Assembly: GCA_963833425.1 (NCBI GenBank)
Contig: CAWHXP010000006.1
Location: forward strand, 1-64,000
Source: an uncultured Methanosarcinaceae archaeon
GTDB lineage: Archaea; Halobacteriota; Methanosarcinia; Methanosarcinales; Methanosarcinaceae
Direction of reading: 5' to 3'
Length of the DNA: 64,000 bases
Shown here: positions 1 through 10,285 of the stretch, in pieces
Layout: the number at the start of each line of letters is the position of its first letter
How positions within the stretch are numbered: position 1 is the first letter of the stretch
Notes under the pieces: model-generated
What the model was told of the DNA's origin: nothing
Databases searched by the model: none
Seen by the model: only the letters and a program-made list of their open reading frames with translations
Translations under genes and position numbers: made by a program

Positions 1-444
1 TATTCATGCCAAAGAGCTTCGTATTCAGTTGTCCCATTCGATTCACTTTTTTGATAAGTGCTTGAAAAATAGCTTTAAAACCTTATACGATGATGTCGAA
101 GATATTTACAGTTCGGTAAACGTGCAGATTCTTATGAAAATTTCGAAAATCATGCTGACGAATTCCCTACCCAAACTCTAAGCCAGACTCAAGTCCCCTC
201 TTATTTTTTAGACTTTCTTTGGGATATCTTCTTAAGGATGGAGAGGCATTCGTTATACCCTAATTACCGGTCAGTTAAGGACTATTATACATTATGACTA
301 AATAGCAGAACAAGTTGCCCTTCCAGTCACATTTTTTTTAAAAGGGATATATGACTCACACCAATACATTTGCTGCGTAAAATTTTTGCGAGACGAAAAA
401 GCTAAGTCTACAGAAATCTCATTCATTGAGAAGCCTTCTGATGC

Positions 445-990
445 CTGATTAATCAATTGGCTAAACTGTGGGGAGTCATTGTAATCCCATCAATTATGAT
501 CACAGAAGCGACTGTGTTCATCTTTACACCCACACATATAAGCCTTAAGGCACTTATGTTCTTTGCTCTGTCCATGTTCCATTTCGTTGCATATGAGGAA
601 TGTTGTTGATCTGAATCCCGTAGAATCGACGACGAAATTAGTAGCTAATCCGGCTACTGGTAATGCAGATACGTAGACCAATTTCTGTAAAATTGGAGTA
701 ATATTCAGATGTTGAAGAGTTTTGATGGCGCATTGAAATGGGTTGCGTGTTCTATTTGTCCTTTTTCAGTTGCATTCTGAAAGAGACTAAATGATGACGG
801 CTGGATAACTGAGAGTACACTTTCTGAATGGCACAGAATAGAGATTCAGGAATTAACAAGCTTGGCCTTCTTATTGTTTGCCTTGGTTCAGGGATTGCCA
901 CAAATAAATCTTTCAGCAATTCATCAAATAGCTCGACTTCCACATTTTAAGCTTCGTTATGAGCTGTCTATGCTTGTGAGTCATTTGGAA
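445..990 (-). pseudogene. Remnant of an archaeal DDE transposase (IS4/IS5 superfamily type)
   Basis: Joined frames read YSQA*TAHNEA*NVEVELFDELLKDL..EP.Q..RP.L...LFCAIQKVYSQLSSR, then ALPVAGLATNFVVDSTGF and GVKMNTVASVII..NDSPQF. Multiple stops and frameshifts. Confidence 0.7.
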
Positions 991-1043
991 TTTGAAATCA
1001 AAAGATGCAATTTTGAGTTTTGGGATCAAGCTCTACGAGAAAG

Positions 1044-2180
1044 TTATTTTCCTGCTTTGAGCATCAACTCCTTTAACTTAGAAATTTCATCAAGTTCCTG
1101 TTTTAACACATTTTTCATTTCCCGGATTTCGTTAAGATCTGCAAATTGCATATAATCGGTTTTTACGGATTCTACAGTGGATGAAACTTCCTGCGTAAGT
1201 GGCAGTCCACATTTAAAACAAAATAAAGCATTTTCTGGATTTATTTCCTTACAACGTGGGCATTTATTAACAGTAAATTTTTTGGGGGCTTCTTCAGTCT
1301 CGATTCCGTGCAATTTAAGTATAGCATTATCCACATCTCTACCTGACATATGCACATATACACTCGCCATATTACTTGATTTAGTCCAGCCTAAATATTC
1401 TTTTAAAAGTTGTTCAGGTAATTGTTCGGCTAAATGTGTTGCTCGGGCATGTCTAAATGCATGTGGATAAACTCTTTTTGGCTGGATATCTGCTCTATTT
1501 GCTATTTTGTGTAGTTGATCTGCAAGTCCTACAAATGTGATGACTCCAAAAGGAGAATTAGTTGAACAGAATAGGTAAGCATCATGATTATTCTTTAATG
1601 GATGCGTGTCAATCCACTGTTTAAGGTAAGACGAAGCTAATACAAGTCTCACGCGGCGACTTCCTGTTTTCCCTTTCTGTATATTAAGAATTGCCCCATT
1701 CTCGTCAAAAGTCACATGTTTAAGTTGAACTGTTAGTAATTCGCCCCTTCTAGCTCCGCTTTCATAAAAAGTAGCAACTATAGCCCGATCTCTGTTACTT
1801 AGACATGAATCAATTAATTTTTCAATTTCTTCGCGAGTCAAAATATCTTCGGGGATTTTCCCATTTTTTAGCGTCCGCAATTTTATTACGGCTCCGAGTT
1901 CATGATTTATAAAAGTCAAGAATTTTTTTAAAACCGTTCGGATTTTTTGTTGTGTACCAGGCGAGTACTTAACTGCCTTACCAGCTTTGATGTATGTATA
2001 GGCATTTATAAAATCCAGATAATCGTAAACATCGTCTGTAGTAAATTCCTTTAATTCTCGATCTCCACACCATTCTATGAACTTTATAAGTGTATATTCA
2101 GCAGTTGCAATTGTCTCTTCCGTAAGTCCATCTGCTTGACACTTCCTTAAGTAATCTTTTAAGATCTTTGAATTATCCAT
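1044..2180 (-). CDS. Tyrosine recombinase/integrase with C-terminal zinc ribbon
   Basis: 378 aa. Catalytic residues present: SGARRGEL (R), KGKTG (K), HAFRH (HxxR), LGW, VYVH (Y). C-terminal CPRC...CFKC. Confidence 0.93.
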   Translation of the reverse strand: MDNSKILKDYLRKCQADGLTEETIATAEYTLIKFIEWCGDRELKEFTTDDVYDYLDFINAYTYIKAGKAVKYSPGTQQKIRTVLKKFLTFINHELGAVIKLRTLKNGKIPEDILTREEIEKLIDSCLSNRDRAIVATFYESGARRGELLTVQLKHVTFDENGAILNIQKGKTGSRRVRLVLASSYLKQWIDTHPLKNNHDAYLFCSTNSPFGVITFVGLADQLHKIANRADIQPKRVYPHAFRHARATHLAEQLPEQLLKEYLGWTKSSNMASVYVHMSGRDVDNAILKLHGIETEEAPKKFTVNKCPRCKEINPENALFCFKCGLPLTQEVSSTVESVKTDYMQFADLNEIREMKNVLKQELDEISKLKELMLKAGK

Positions 2181-2226
2181 ACTAACTTGATGGAATTAAT
2201 CATAGATAAACAATATAGGTATTTAT

Positions 2227-2243
2227 GTTGGTTCAGAACCAAC
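2227..2243. promoter_or_regulatory. Perfect 17-bp dyad upstream of the integrase
   Basis: GTTGGTTC-A-GAACCAAC, 47 bp upstream of the integrase ATG and next to a TTTATCTA TATA-like box on the minus strand. Confidence 0.45.
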
Positions 2244-2396
2244 GAAAAAATTTACATGATCATCATTACAGATCACATCAAACTCAAAACAATACCTCTT
2301 GCCAATTTTAAAGCGAATATATTTCAAAATCGTTGAATATAACATTGCCTAAAAGAAATTTTTCATGATAATTCACGTAAAAAAATATAGTATCTT

Positions 2397-2485
2397 AGAG
2401 GATTTCGAGAAGCTCCGAAGTTTTATCACATGATTATAAGTTATATATAAGTTATTCGTGAAAATAGAGGTTTAACAAATCCTCC
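2397..2485. mobile_element. ~89-bp MITE with IS5-type ends
   Basis: Ends AGAGGATTTCGAGAAGCT and GGTTTAACAAATCCTCC resemble the IRs of the IS5 at 42677-43810. Similar to the reverse complement of 6093-6181. Confidence 0.6.
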
Positions 2486-2649
2486 TTATTTTTATAAACA
2501 CAATGGTTTGAATTCTGTAATTACATTTTAATTCAAAAGCGCAGCAGAATAAAATATGAATCAGTCAGTTAATAAAGTTTCTAGGGAAAATTCACGTACC
2601 AATGAAAGCTAAGGTATTCGACTGGAATAAAAAAGTGAAAATTTAGTTT

Positions 2650-3540
2650 TCACTTAAGATCATAGTGTTTTATATTCCAGTCTGCATTATCCTGAATTTT
2701 CTGGATTTCTTCATTACCACCTTCCATGGTGAATAGATGTTTGAATCTTCTTTGAGTTCTCAGGTACTCCTCGACTGGCCTGGGATCCTTGATCTTTCTG
2801 ACCTGCGTTATTTCTCCAAATTCCATCTCATACATAGGCCATAGACCGGTTTCTACCGCGAGTTTGGCGATTTCCAAGGTCTTTGAAGTGTCAAATCCCC
2901 AGCCTGTAGTACATGGAGCGTGGGTATGGATATATGTAGGGCCTACAATTTCTGTGGCTTTTTTTACCTTCCGGATCATGTCTCTTGGGAAGCCTATAGA
3001 GGTTGTGGCTACATACGGAGAGCCATGAGCTGCAATAATAGCTGGCATATTTTTTTTTGGCCGCGGATTTCCAAAGGAAAATTTTCCAGCTGGGCTCGTT
3101 GTGGTACTGGCATCGTATGGAGTTCCACTGCTGCGCTGGATTCCCGTGTTCATGTAGGCTTCGTTGTCCATGCATACATAGGTGAAATCGTGACCCCGCT
3201 CAAAAGCACCTGAAATGGCACCTATTCCGATGTCCATAGTAGAGCCGTCTCCTCCAATCGCTATTACCTTGATGTCGTTCTTTTTGCCAAGGGCTTTTAA
3301 GGCAGCTTCTACACCTGATGCCACTGCACCTCCGTTTTCAAAGAGAGAGTGAATCCAGGGGATCTTCCAAGATGAAAGTGGGAAAGGCGTTGACATAACT
3401 TCAAGGCAGCCGGTAGGATTAACTACAATACAATTAGGACCTGCGCCTATGAGTGTGAATTTTGCAGCAAAGGCATCACAGCAGCCTGCACAACCGCTAT
3501 GCCCCGAAGAAAGATACATTTTTGGTGCAACTTTAGTCAT
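2650..3540 (-). CDS. porB: Pyruvate:ferredoxin oxidoreductase beta subunit
   Basis: GH.GCAGC, TPP-binding GGDG...[19 protein letters not shown]. Last gene of the operon. Confidence 0.95.
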   Translation of the reverse strand: MTKVAPKMYLSSGHSGCAGCCDAFAAKFTLIGAGPNCIVVNPTGCLEVMSTPFPLSSWKIPWIHSLFENGGAVASGVEAALKALGKKNDIKVIAIGGDGSTMDIGIGAISGAFERGHDFTYVCMDNEAYMNTGIQRSSGTPYDASTTTSPAGKFSFGNPRPKKNMPAIIAAHGSPYVATTSIGFPRDMIRKVKKATEIVGPTYIHTHAPCTTGWGFDTSKTLEIAKLAVETGLWPMYEMEFGEITQVRKIKDPRPVEEYLRTQRRFKHLFTMEGGNEEIQKIQDNADWNIKHYDLK

Positions 3541-4745
3541 AGCAACTCCTCCTTGAGGTCCAGAAACTGGCTTTCAACCATGATTTCAGACTTGGCAGCT
3601 GTCTTGGTTCCTTCAATAACTTTTACAATGCTTTCCATACGAATGTCACGGCCTCCATGACCCAGGGTATAGCCAACTAGCGGTATGCGGACTTTACTGT
3701 TATAGAGGCAAGATTTGGTTTCGGTAAACAGGGCTCCTTCATTTGTTCCTATAGAGATATTCTTATCAAGCACAACAACTGCATGCGCATTCTGAAGCGC
3801 CTCTCTAATCTGCTCCTTAGGAAAGGGCCTAAAAGATCTGACTTTTAAGACGCCAATCTTTTCTCCTTTTGCCCTGTACTGATCCACGACATCTTTAACA
3901 GTCCCAAGAACAGAGCCCATAGCCATGATAACGATTTCAGCATCCTCAATCATGTATCCATCAACAAGTCCACCGTGAAATCTGCCGAAAACTTCTTCAA
4001 ACTCCTTCGCCACGGTTTCAATTTTCGGAAGAGCTTTCTGCATTGCTTGTTCTTGCAAGTATCTGAATTCTTCGTAAGTATCAGGCGTTGCAAAGGCTCC
4101 AAAAGTCTTAGGGTCTTCCGGGTCAAGCACATTTTCGGGCTGGAAAGGCTGGAGAAAATTATCAACAAGATTCTGTTCAAGCAGTACAACGGGCTCATAA
4201 ACATGCGATAGAATGAAACCATCCATGCAGACCATTCCTGGCAACATGATTTTATGATCCTCTGCAATCTTATATATTTGAGGCAGGGTATCAGATGCTT
4301 CCTGCACATCTTCTACATAAAGCTGAATCCAGCCGGTATCTCTTTGGGCAATCGCATCCTGATGGTCATTCCATATATTTATAGGAGCACTAACTGCCCT
4401 GTTTGCAACTGTCATTATGATTGGAAGCCTCATGCCTGAAGCGTTAAAAAGAGCCTCATGCATTAGTAAGAGCCCTTGAGAGGTTGTGGCTGAATAGGTT
4501 CTTGCGCCTACTACTGCCGCTCCTATCAACGAAGAAATTGCCGAAAATTCTGATTCAACATTTAAATACTCACAGTTGGGTATCTCCCCGTCTGCTACGA
4601 ATTGAGCCAGATTTTCAACAATGTGCGTTTGGGGAGTGATCGGATAAGCTGAGATTACGTTTGGCTGACAAATTTTTGCGGAATGGGCCACAGCATAAGA
4701 ACCTTCAACGACGATCATTTTCTCTTTAAAAGCCGGGTTGATCAT
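3537..4745 (-). CDS. porA: Pyruvate:ferredoxin oxidoreductase alpha subunit
   Basis: [20 protein letters not shown]. 4-bp overlap with porB. Confidence 0.95.
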   Translation of the reverse strand: MINPAFKEKMIVVEGSYAVAHSAKICQPNVISAYPITPQTHIVENLAQFVADGEIPNCEYLNVESEFSAISSLIGAAVVGARTYSATTSQGLLLMHEALFNASGMRLPIIMTVANRAVSAPINIWNDHQDAIAQRDTGWIQLYVEDVQEASDTLPQIYKIAEDHKIMLPGMVCMDGFILSHVYEPVVLLEQNLVDNFLQPFQPENVLDPEDPKTFGAFATPDTYEEFRYLQEQAMQKALPKIETVAKEFEEVFGRFHGGLVDGYMIEDAEIVIMAMGSVLGTVKDVVDQYRAKGEKIGVLKVRSFRPFPKEQIREALQNAHAVVVLDKNISIGTNEGALFTETKSCLYNSKVRIPLVGYTLGHGGRDIRMESIVKVIEGTKTAAKSEIMVESQFLDLKEELL

Positions 4746-5620
4746 TATTTAGCCTCCAAAATCATCCCGATTGCATCTTCCGGGCATTCATTTGCACAGA
4801 TACCGCAGCCTTTGCAATAATCGTAATCGTACTCGAAAAAGCCATCATCCCTAGGTTTGACTGACATGTCAGGGCATACGATTTCACAGATTCCACACTT
4901 GGTACACTTTTCATAATTATAAACAGGTCGAAAATTCCTCCAGCCTCCGGTTTTGTTTTTAAGGGTCGAACCAGGTTTACAGACACTGCAGCATGTGATT
5001 TCCGATTCTCTCGTTTCATGATTCTTTTTTAAGATTTCCGGACATATTTTGCTGTCTTGATCAGCTTCAGTAGTCATAATCCTTACCCTAATGAGATCAT
5101 AAGCTTTTTGAATCGCCTCTGCATTCTTTTCTCCAATTTTTCCTGGAAAACGAGCCTTTATTGCATGATGGATAGAGTCTACTTTTATTTCTTCAGTTGC
5201 GCCCGCAAAAGCTCCAAGGAGGACAGTGTTTACTATGGGATGACCTATAATATCCATTGCCACCTTCGTAGCATCCACGGTCATAACTTTAGCAGTTGTA
5301 TTAATTTTCAAACTTTCCGGTTTTTCTGTAGTGTTGACAATAATTACTCCATCTTCTTTTATCCCTTTTGCAACGTTAACAGTTTCAAGGAGGGTTGCAT
5401 CCTGAACAATAACATAATCAGGAGTGTATATCTGGCTTCGGAGCCTGATTGGATTGTTACTTATCCTGGTAAATGCTTGTACAGGAGCACCTCTGCGCTC
5501 TACCCCAAAAGCAGGAAAGGCCTGGCTAAATTTCCCGTCTTTAAAAGCTGCGACGGAAAGCATTTCAGCCGCGGTGACAGAACCTTGACCTCCTCGACCA
5601 TGTATTCTGATTTCCTTCAT
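4745..5620 (-). CDS. porC/porD: Fused POR gamma + delta (2x[4Fe-4S]) subunits
   Basis: N-terminal gamma motifs HGRGGQG and [11 protein letters not shown]-terminal delta motifs [22 protein letters not shown] and [12 protein letters not shown]. One 291-codon frame with an internal ATG at 5077. Confidence 0.9.
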   Translation of the reverse strand: MKEIRIHGRGGQGSVTAAEMLSVAAFKDGKFSQAFPAFGVERRGAPVQAFTRISNNPIRLRSQIYTPDYVIVQDATLLETVNVAKGIKEDGVIIVNTTEKPESLKINTTAKVMTVDATKVAMDIIGHPIVNTVLLGAFAGATEEIKVDSIHHAIKARFPGKIGEKNAEAIQKAYDLIRVRIMTTEADQDSKICPEILKKNHETRESEITCCSVCKPGSTLKNKTGGWRNFRPVYNYEKCTKCGICEIVCPDMSVKPRDDGFFEYDYDYCKGCGICANECPEDAIGMILEAK

Positions 5621-5728
5621 ATGAATTCTCCTTATTAATCGCTTATTCGGATGTCTTTTGTAACTTTATAGAATGCAGATTTAAAAAAATAAATTGAAAA
5701 TTATAGTTCAATTGTTTATGAAAATAAT

Positions 5729-5951
5729 AGCCTGATTGGATTGTTGCTGATCCTGATAAATGTATATCGGAGCATCTCTGCGCTCTACCCCTCAAGTAGG
5801 AAAGACCTAAATAGATTTCCTATCTTTAAAAACCGCGACGAAAAGCGTCTCAGCCGCGGTGACAAATCCTTGACCTCCTCGACCACGTATTCTGATTTCC
5901 TTCATACGAATTCTCCTTCTTGAATCGCTTATTTGGATGTCATTCATAACT
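5729..5951 (-). pseudogene. Degenerate tandem duplicate of the porC 5' end and its upstream region
   Basis: Direct repeat of ~5442-5664. Reads MKEIRIRGRGGQGFVTAAETLFVAVFKDRKSI* from the ATG at 5905, with the same AAGGAG RBS. Confidence 0.9.
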
Positions 5952-6092
5952 ATTGATTTATCAGAAACAATTTAAGCATCATACTATTTTTAGGCACCAC
6001 TGCGATATTCGCTACAAGCTCAAAGAATTTAAAACTTAGATTGTTAACTGTGAAATTGTTAATTCATTTCTATTCATTTTTTGATTGATTAT

Positions 6093-6181
6093 AGAGTAGT
6101 TCGATAAAAAGATAATTTCATAAGTTCTGTATCTTATTTATGGGCCTTGTGATGAAACTGTGGAGTTTATCGCGATACTCT
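6093..6181. mobile_element. ~89-bp MITE with IS5-type ends (second copy, opposite orientation)
   Basis: AGAGTAGTTCGATAAAA ... GAGTTTATCGCGATACTCT. Same length as 2397-2485. Confidence 0.6.
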
Positions 6182-6535
6182 TTAGTCAATTTTTAATGGA
6201 TTAATAGTGAAGTTTGGTGATCTAAAAGAATAGAAATAAATCTCCGAACTATCAATCTGGAAACATTCGTATGACTTATTACAATGATCAATAAAACCAA
6301 TCTAGTCATAATTATGTATTCATGCCTTTTGTGCCCAATAGCTCATGGATAATAATGTAAGTTATTATTAGGTTTTCGGTGGGATTAGATAATTTTATAT
6401 ATATATATTCCCTATTTTATATTTTATTCTGAATGTATTAATCTTCACACTCTTCAAATTTAACTTGTCCTAATAGTTATGTTTTTACTGGATTTGATTA
6501 TAAACTAATCTTACTTTTTTAAAAAAATAAATAGT

Positions 6536-7522
6536 TCAATCCTTTTCCTTAAAGGAGCTCCTTATCAGATCAATTATGGTTTTTCCTTCTTTTAGACCAT
6601 TAATCTTCTCCCTAATCTTTCGCGCGCTATGAAACCCTTTTGTAAACCAATGAGCATGCATTCTCAGATTTTGAGAAGATAATAGATTATGTTCATCTAG
6701 AAGAGTGATATAAGATTCAAAATCTTCAAGCTGTCTAGCTTGCCTGTCCAGTTCCAGCTTTTCCCCGGTTTCCAGATAATACCTAATTCTTCTGAATATG
6801 AACGGATTTCCCATCGCAGCACGCCCTATCATAAGTCCATCACAGCCTGTGAACTCAATAGTATTTTCTGCAGACTCTTCGTCTTTTATATCACCGTTTG
6901 CAATCACTGGAATTGAAATTTCGCGTTTTACTGCTCTGATAGCTACAAGGTCCGAGCTTCCGGAGTACATCTGCTTTGCCTTCCTGCCATGCACTGTTAT
7001 GGCAAGAGCTCCTGCATTTTCGATTAGTTGCGCGATTTCAAGGGTCTTTTCACCTCTTTCCAAAATCCGGATTTTTACAGTTACAGGTGTTTTCAGGGCA
7101 TATGTCAGTTCCGAGACTATTTCATAAACAAGCTTTGGAGATTTGAGAAGAGTAGAACCACCCCCTGCCCCTATAACGCATTGTACAGGGCAACCCATAT
7201 TTATATCGATGACTTCAGGCCTGTACGCACTTTCAACAAAGATGGCAGCTTCCCGCAGCTTCTCAGTTGAGTTCCCAACAAGCTGAACTCCAAAAGGCCG
7301 GTCATAGGGTGAGCTCAGTCCTTTAAGAAGGGATTTCCGATTTTTGCTGAGCAGAGCATCTGAGTTGATCATTTCGGTGTACGTTACGTCAGCTCCATGC
7401 TGCCGGCATAGCAACCTGAAAGCTAGATTTGTGACTCCTGCCATGGGTGCAAGAAAAAGGTTTCCAGAAGTTGTGAGCTGACCTATTTTTAATTTATTGA
7501 GCTTCATTTTGATACTATTCAA
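6536..7522 (-). CDS. dus: tRNA-dihydrouridine synthase family protein
   Basis: LAPMAGVT, DINMGCP, TVHGR, IANGDI, MIGRAA.GNP. Confidence 0.92.
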   Translation of the reverse strand: MNSIKMKLNKLKIGQLTTSGNLFLAPMAGVTNLAFRLLCRQHGADVTYTEMINSDALLSKNRKSLLKGLSSPYDRPFGVQLVGNSTEKLREAAIFVESAYRPEVIDINMGCPVQCVIGAGGGSTLLKSPKLVYEIVSELTYALKTPVTVKIRILERGEKTLEIAQLIENAGALAITVHGRKAKQMYSGSSDLVAIRAVKREISIPVIANGDIKDEESAENTIEFTGCDGLMIGRAAMGNPFIFRRIRYYLETGEKLELDRQARQLEDFESYITLLDEHNLLSSQNLRMHAHWFTKGFHSARKIREKINGLKEGKTIIDLIRSSFKEKD

Positions 7523-7830
7523 ATTACTTTTTTTACAGCTATTTTATGAATTCAGATCTACTGTGATTTGTTAAAACTCAAATAGATTTCGCACAATTAT
7601 TTGAAAAATATAAGAATTTATAAATATCGTCATAAAATCTGGGACTAAAATTGATAAGCTAGAAGGACTTTAGATGCAAAAGAGGAATAAAATAATCGAA
7701 TCGAATGATTGTGAAAACTGGTATCTATATTATTAATTCTGAAAGTTGAGTAAAATTACTATCTTTTACGCTAGTCTATCCAAAACTACTATAATAATCT
7801 ATAATTTATATAATCTGTGGTGTTTCGTAG

Positions 7831-8020
7831 TTGGTATACCAAAAGAAAATACGCTATCAATGTCTAAGCGATGACCTAAATGAGCGTAGACGTGCATTAG
7901 AGAAACTACAGAATTTCTCATCCATGCCTGATAAACAAAAGGCATGAAATGACTTTTTATGCTGGCTACCGATGAAGCCAGTCGTGTGAATATTGAAGAG
8001 CTGTCTATGCTCTTGGTTAA
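7831..8020 (+). pseudogene. N-terminal remnant of a HEAT-repeat protein, paralog of 39637-41409
   Basis: LVYQKKIRYQCLSDDLNERRRALEKLQNFSSMPDKQKA*ND aligns with IDQVEIHDQCLSDDQRKRIKASEQLKSNFSLLADKQQAWND. Confidence 0.8.
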
Positions 8021-8050
8021 CACATATAAAACTGATTTTGATGTATATTG

Positions 8051-8509
8051 TTATGTTTGCAGGAATTTTGTGATTTCCGATATATCTGGAAGGTCATGAA
8101 TTAAATATTTTTTGAAGAATATTACTTTTCGCTCTTCGTCAATAATTATGTTTGCTCTTTCAGAAAATCCTTCCTTTTCCCTGAATATTCCATACGACCT
8201 TGCAACTCCCCCATGTGGCCAGAAATCAGAAAGAAACCTAGTGTGCGTAATCCCCAACTCTTTAGCCCAGGCTCTTTTTGAAGGCGTGGCATCTATACTT
8301 ATGCCAAAAGCCACAGTATTAAGTTTGGAGAACAGCTCATAATTTTCCTCTAATGAATTCATTTGATCTGAGCACACTTTAGTCCAAGCCAGTGGATGGA
8401 ATGATAGGAGTACTCTTTTGCCACTGAGATCATAAAGATGCACTTCTTTATCGTTGTGATCTTTTAACCTAAAATCCTGAATTTTATTCCCAGTCTTTAT
8501 CTCATTCAT
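8051..8509 (-). CDS. Peroxiredoxin (AhpC/TSA, AhpE-like 1-Cys)
   Basis: FHPLAWTKVC (PxxxTxxC), LSDFWPHG.VA..YG, SERA. The MNEIK start at 8509 is my preferred start. Confidence 0.88.
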   Translation of the reverse strand: MNEIKTGNKIQDFRLKDHNDKEVHLYDLSGKRVLLSFHPLAWTKVCSDQMNSLEENYELFSKLNTVAFGISIDATPSKRAWAKELGITHTRFLSDFWPHGGVARSYGIFREKEGFSERANIIIDEERKVIFFKKYLIHDLPDISEITKFLQT

Positions 8510-9101
8510 AATAGATTCTCCAAATCTTATAAAAATCATTTATTACTAACAATTGCTTAGTATTAACAATAACATATTTATAAATATTTTTAACGGTGTA
8601 AATCTACATAGGGAATCATAATCTAAACATTAACAACTAATTTAAAATAAAGCTAAGAAAAACTCTACTTATTTCCTTGTTTACTGTACCTTTTCTCTTA
8701 TCCCGAAAATCATTTTCCTTCTAATTTTGCCATCAGAGATAACCATGAATTTTATTTATAATTATTCAAAATAACTGCACATCAAAGATACAAATGTTTT
8801 AAATTCTAGTTTTAATAAATTTTGATATTAAAAAGTAATCCTTTCCTTTTATGTCTCTTTGAACAGTAGGCCTACAAACCTTGTCTGTATTAGAAATTTA
8901 AGTTTGTGCGCTAAATTTTAGAGTCAATGGGTCACTAGAATCGAAATAAAAACTTTTCTTAGGTTTGAATAATGAGAGAGGAAGCAAGAACTAAAGTATA
9001 GAATTTCTATTGTTACAGGAAAAAAGTTGAGTGCGGGGATATAATAGCAATGAAAAAATGTACTCTGCTTTGTGTGAATTGTACACAACCGTCCGTGCGT
9101 A

Positions 9102-9956
9102 GGTTCCGTTGCAAAAAATCCTTTCTAATGATACGATGGAATAAAAAGAAAACCAAAGATAGTAATATACTATCTAATTCCTTTAAATGGATGCATTATG
9201 AAGGAGAAATTATCCTATTGAATGTAAGATGGTACCTAAAATATCCATTGAGCTATAGAAATTTAAAGGAAATGATGATAGAAAGAGGAATTCAAGTTGA
9301 TCACAGTACTATAATGAGATGGGTGCATCGATATTCCCCTGAAATAGAAAAGAAGATTATAAGACATTTAAGACCAACAAACGATTCTTGGAGAGTTGAT
9401 GAAACCTATATCAAAGTAAAAGGTAAATGGGACTATTTTTATCGAGCAGTTGACTCAAATGGAGATACAATTGATTTCATGTTAAGTTCAAAACGAAATA
9501 GAAAAGCAGCGAAGAGATTCTTTAAGAAAGCTTTAAGTTCTAATCATAATCAAATTCCAAGAGTAATAACCGTTGATAGGAATCCAGCTTATCCATCTGC
9601 TATAGATAAATTAAAAATTGATAAAATATTACCTAAAAACGTAGGCATTCGACAAATCAAGTATTTGAATAACATTATAGAACAAGATCACAGATCTATA
9701 AAGAGAATCGTTAATCCAATGTTAGGATTTCAGTCTTTTCGATCTGCTAATAAGACTTTAAAAGGAATTGAAGCTATAAATATGATCAAAAAAGGACAAG
9801 TAATCGATCTAAATTACTCTGTTCTTAATGAAGTCAAATACATTAATCAATTATTTGGTATAGCTTTATAATGTTAGTACATTTTCCTTGAATATTTTGA
9901 TTTTTATTAATTACTTATAGATTTACATATTTTTTTGAAGTTTTTGCAACGGAATC
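9102..9956 (+). mobile_element. IS6 family insertion sequence (855 bp)
   Basis: IRs GGTTCCGTTGCAAAAA and TTTTTGCAACGGAATC enclose an IS6-type transposase. Confidence 0.95.
9128..9871 (+). CDS. IS6 family transposase (open frame, but the paralogous ATG is ATA here)
   Basis: WRVDETYIKVKGKW, YRAVD, ITVD, YLNNIIEQDHR. The copy at 39432 starts ATG-CTA-TCT where this one has ATA-CTA-TCT. An in-frame ATG lies at 9128. Confidence 0.85.
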   Translation: MIRWNKKKTKDSNILSNSFKWMHYEGEIILLNVRWYLKYPLSYRNLKEMMIERGIQVDHSTIMRWVHRYSPEIEKKIIRHLRPTNDSWRVDETYIKVKGKWDYFYRAVDSNGDTIDFMLSSKRNRKAAKRFFKKALSSNHNQIPRVITVDRNPAYPSAIDKLKIDKILPKNVGIRQIKYLNNIIEQDHRSIKRIVNPMLGFQSFRSANKTLKGIEAINMIKKGQVIDLNYSVLNEVKYINQLFGIAL

Positions 9957-10285
9957 AGCAATCTATCATTGCGCGCCATATTTGGAATTTCCTGAAACAT
10001 TAAATGCATTGTATCAGGCGAATGAAGTTTTTAAAGAGAATAATATCTCGCTTCAAGTTGAAAATCAAAAGCAGGTAAATGGAGATACTTGCTTTGACGA
10101 AAGAATAAAAGTACAAAAAACTATCTTTGGCGATGCAATTGAAAAAATGCAAAAAATATACATGAGAACCAAAAGCACATTCAGCAATATTTGTCAGCAT
10201 TTTGCTTTGGAGATATCTATACGAGAAGCGGTCTGGATTTAAAAACCAGAGAATTATTGACTTTATGTATCCTGAGTGCTTTTTG
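9957..10285 (+). pseudogene. Carboxymuconolactone decarboxylase/AhpD-like protein fragment truncated at the IS6 end
   Basis: AIYHCAPYLEFPETLNAL, then after a frameshift HIQQYLSAFCFGDIYTRSGLDLKTRELLTLCILSA. Confidence 0.75.

Noticed and set aside
1..448. Coding-like sequence at the window start
   Set aside because: Broken frames, no recognisable motif, and cut by the window edge.
7921..7981. Two hairpins (CATGCCT/AGGCATG and CTGGCT/AGCCAG) as a structured RNA
   Set aside because: They lie within the HEAT pseudogene remnant and are short enough to be chance.
9082..9101. Resemblance to a group II intron domain V half on the minus strand
   Set aside because: Only ~15 nt, with no partner strand, no domain VI and no RT.
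9050..9127. N-terminal extension of the 273-aa IS6 ORF
   Set aside because: It starts outside the left IR at 9102, so it is a chance open frame.
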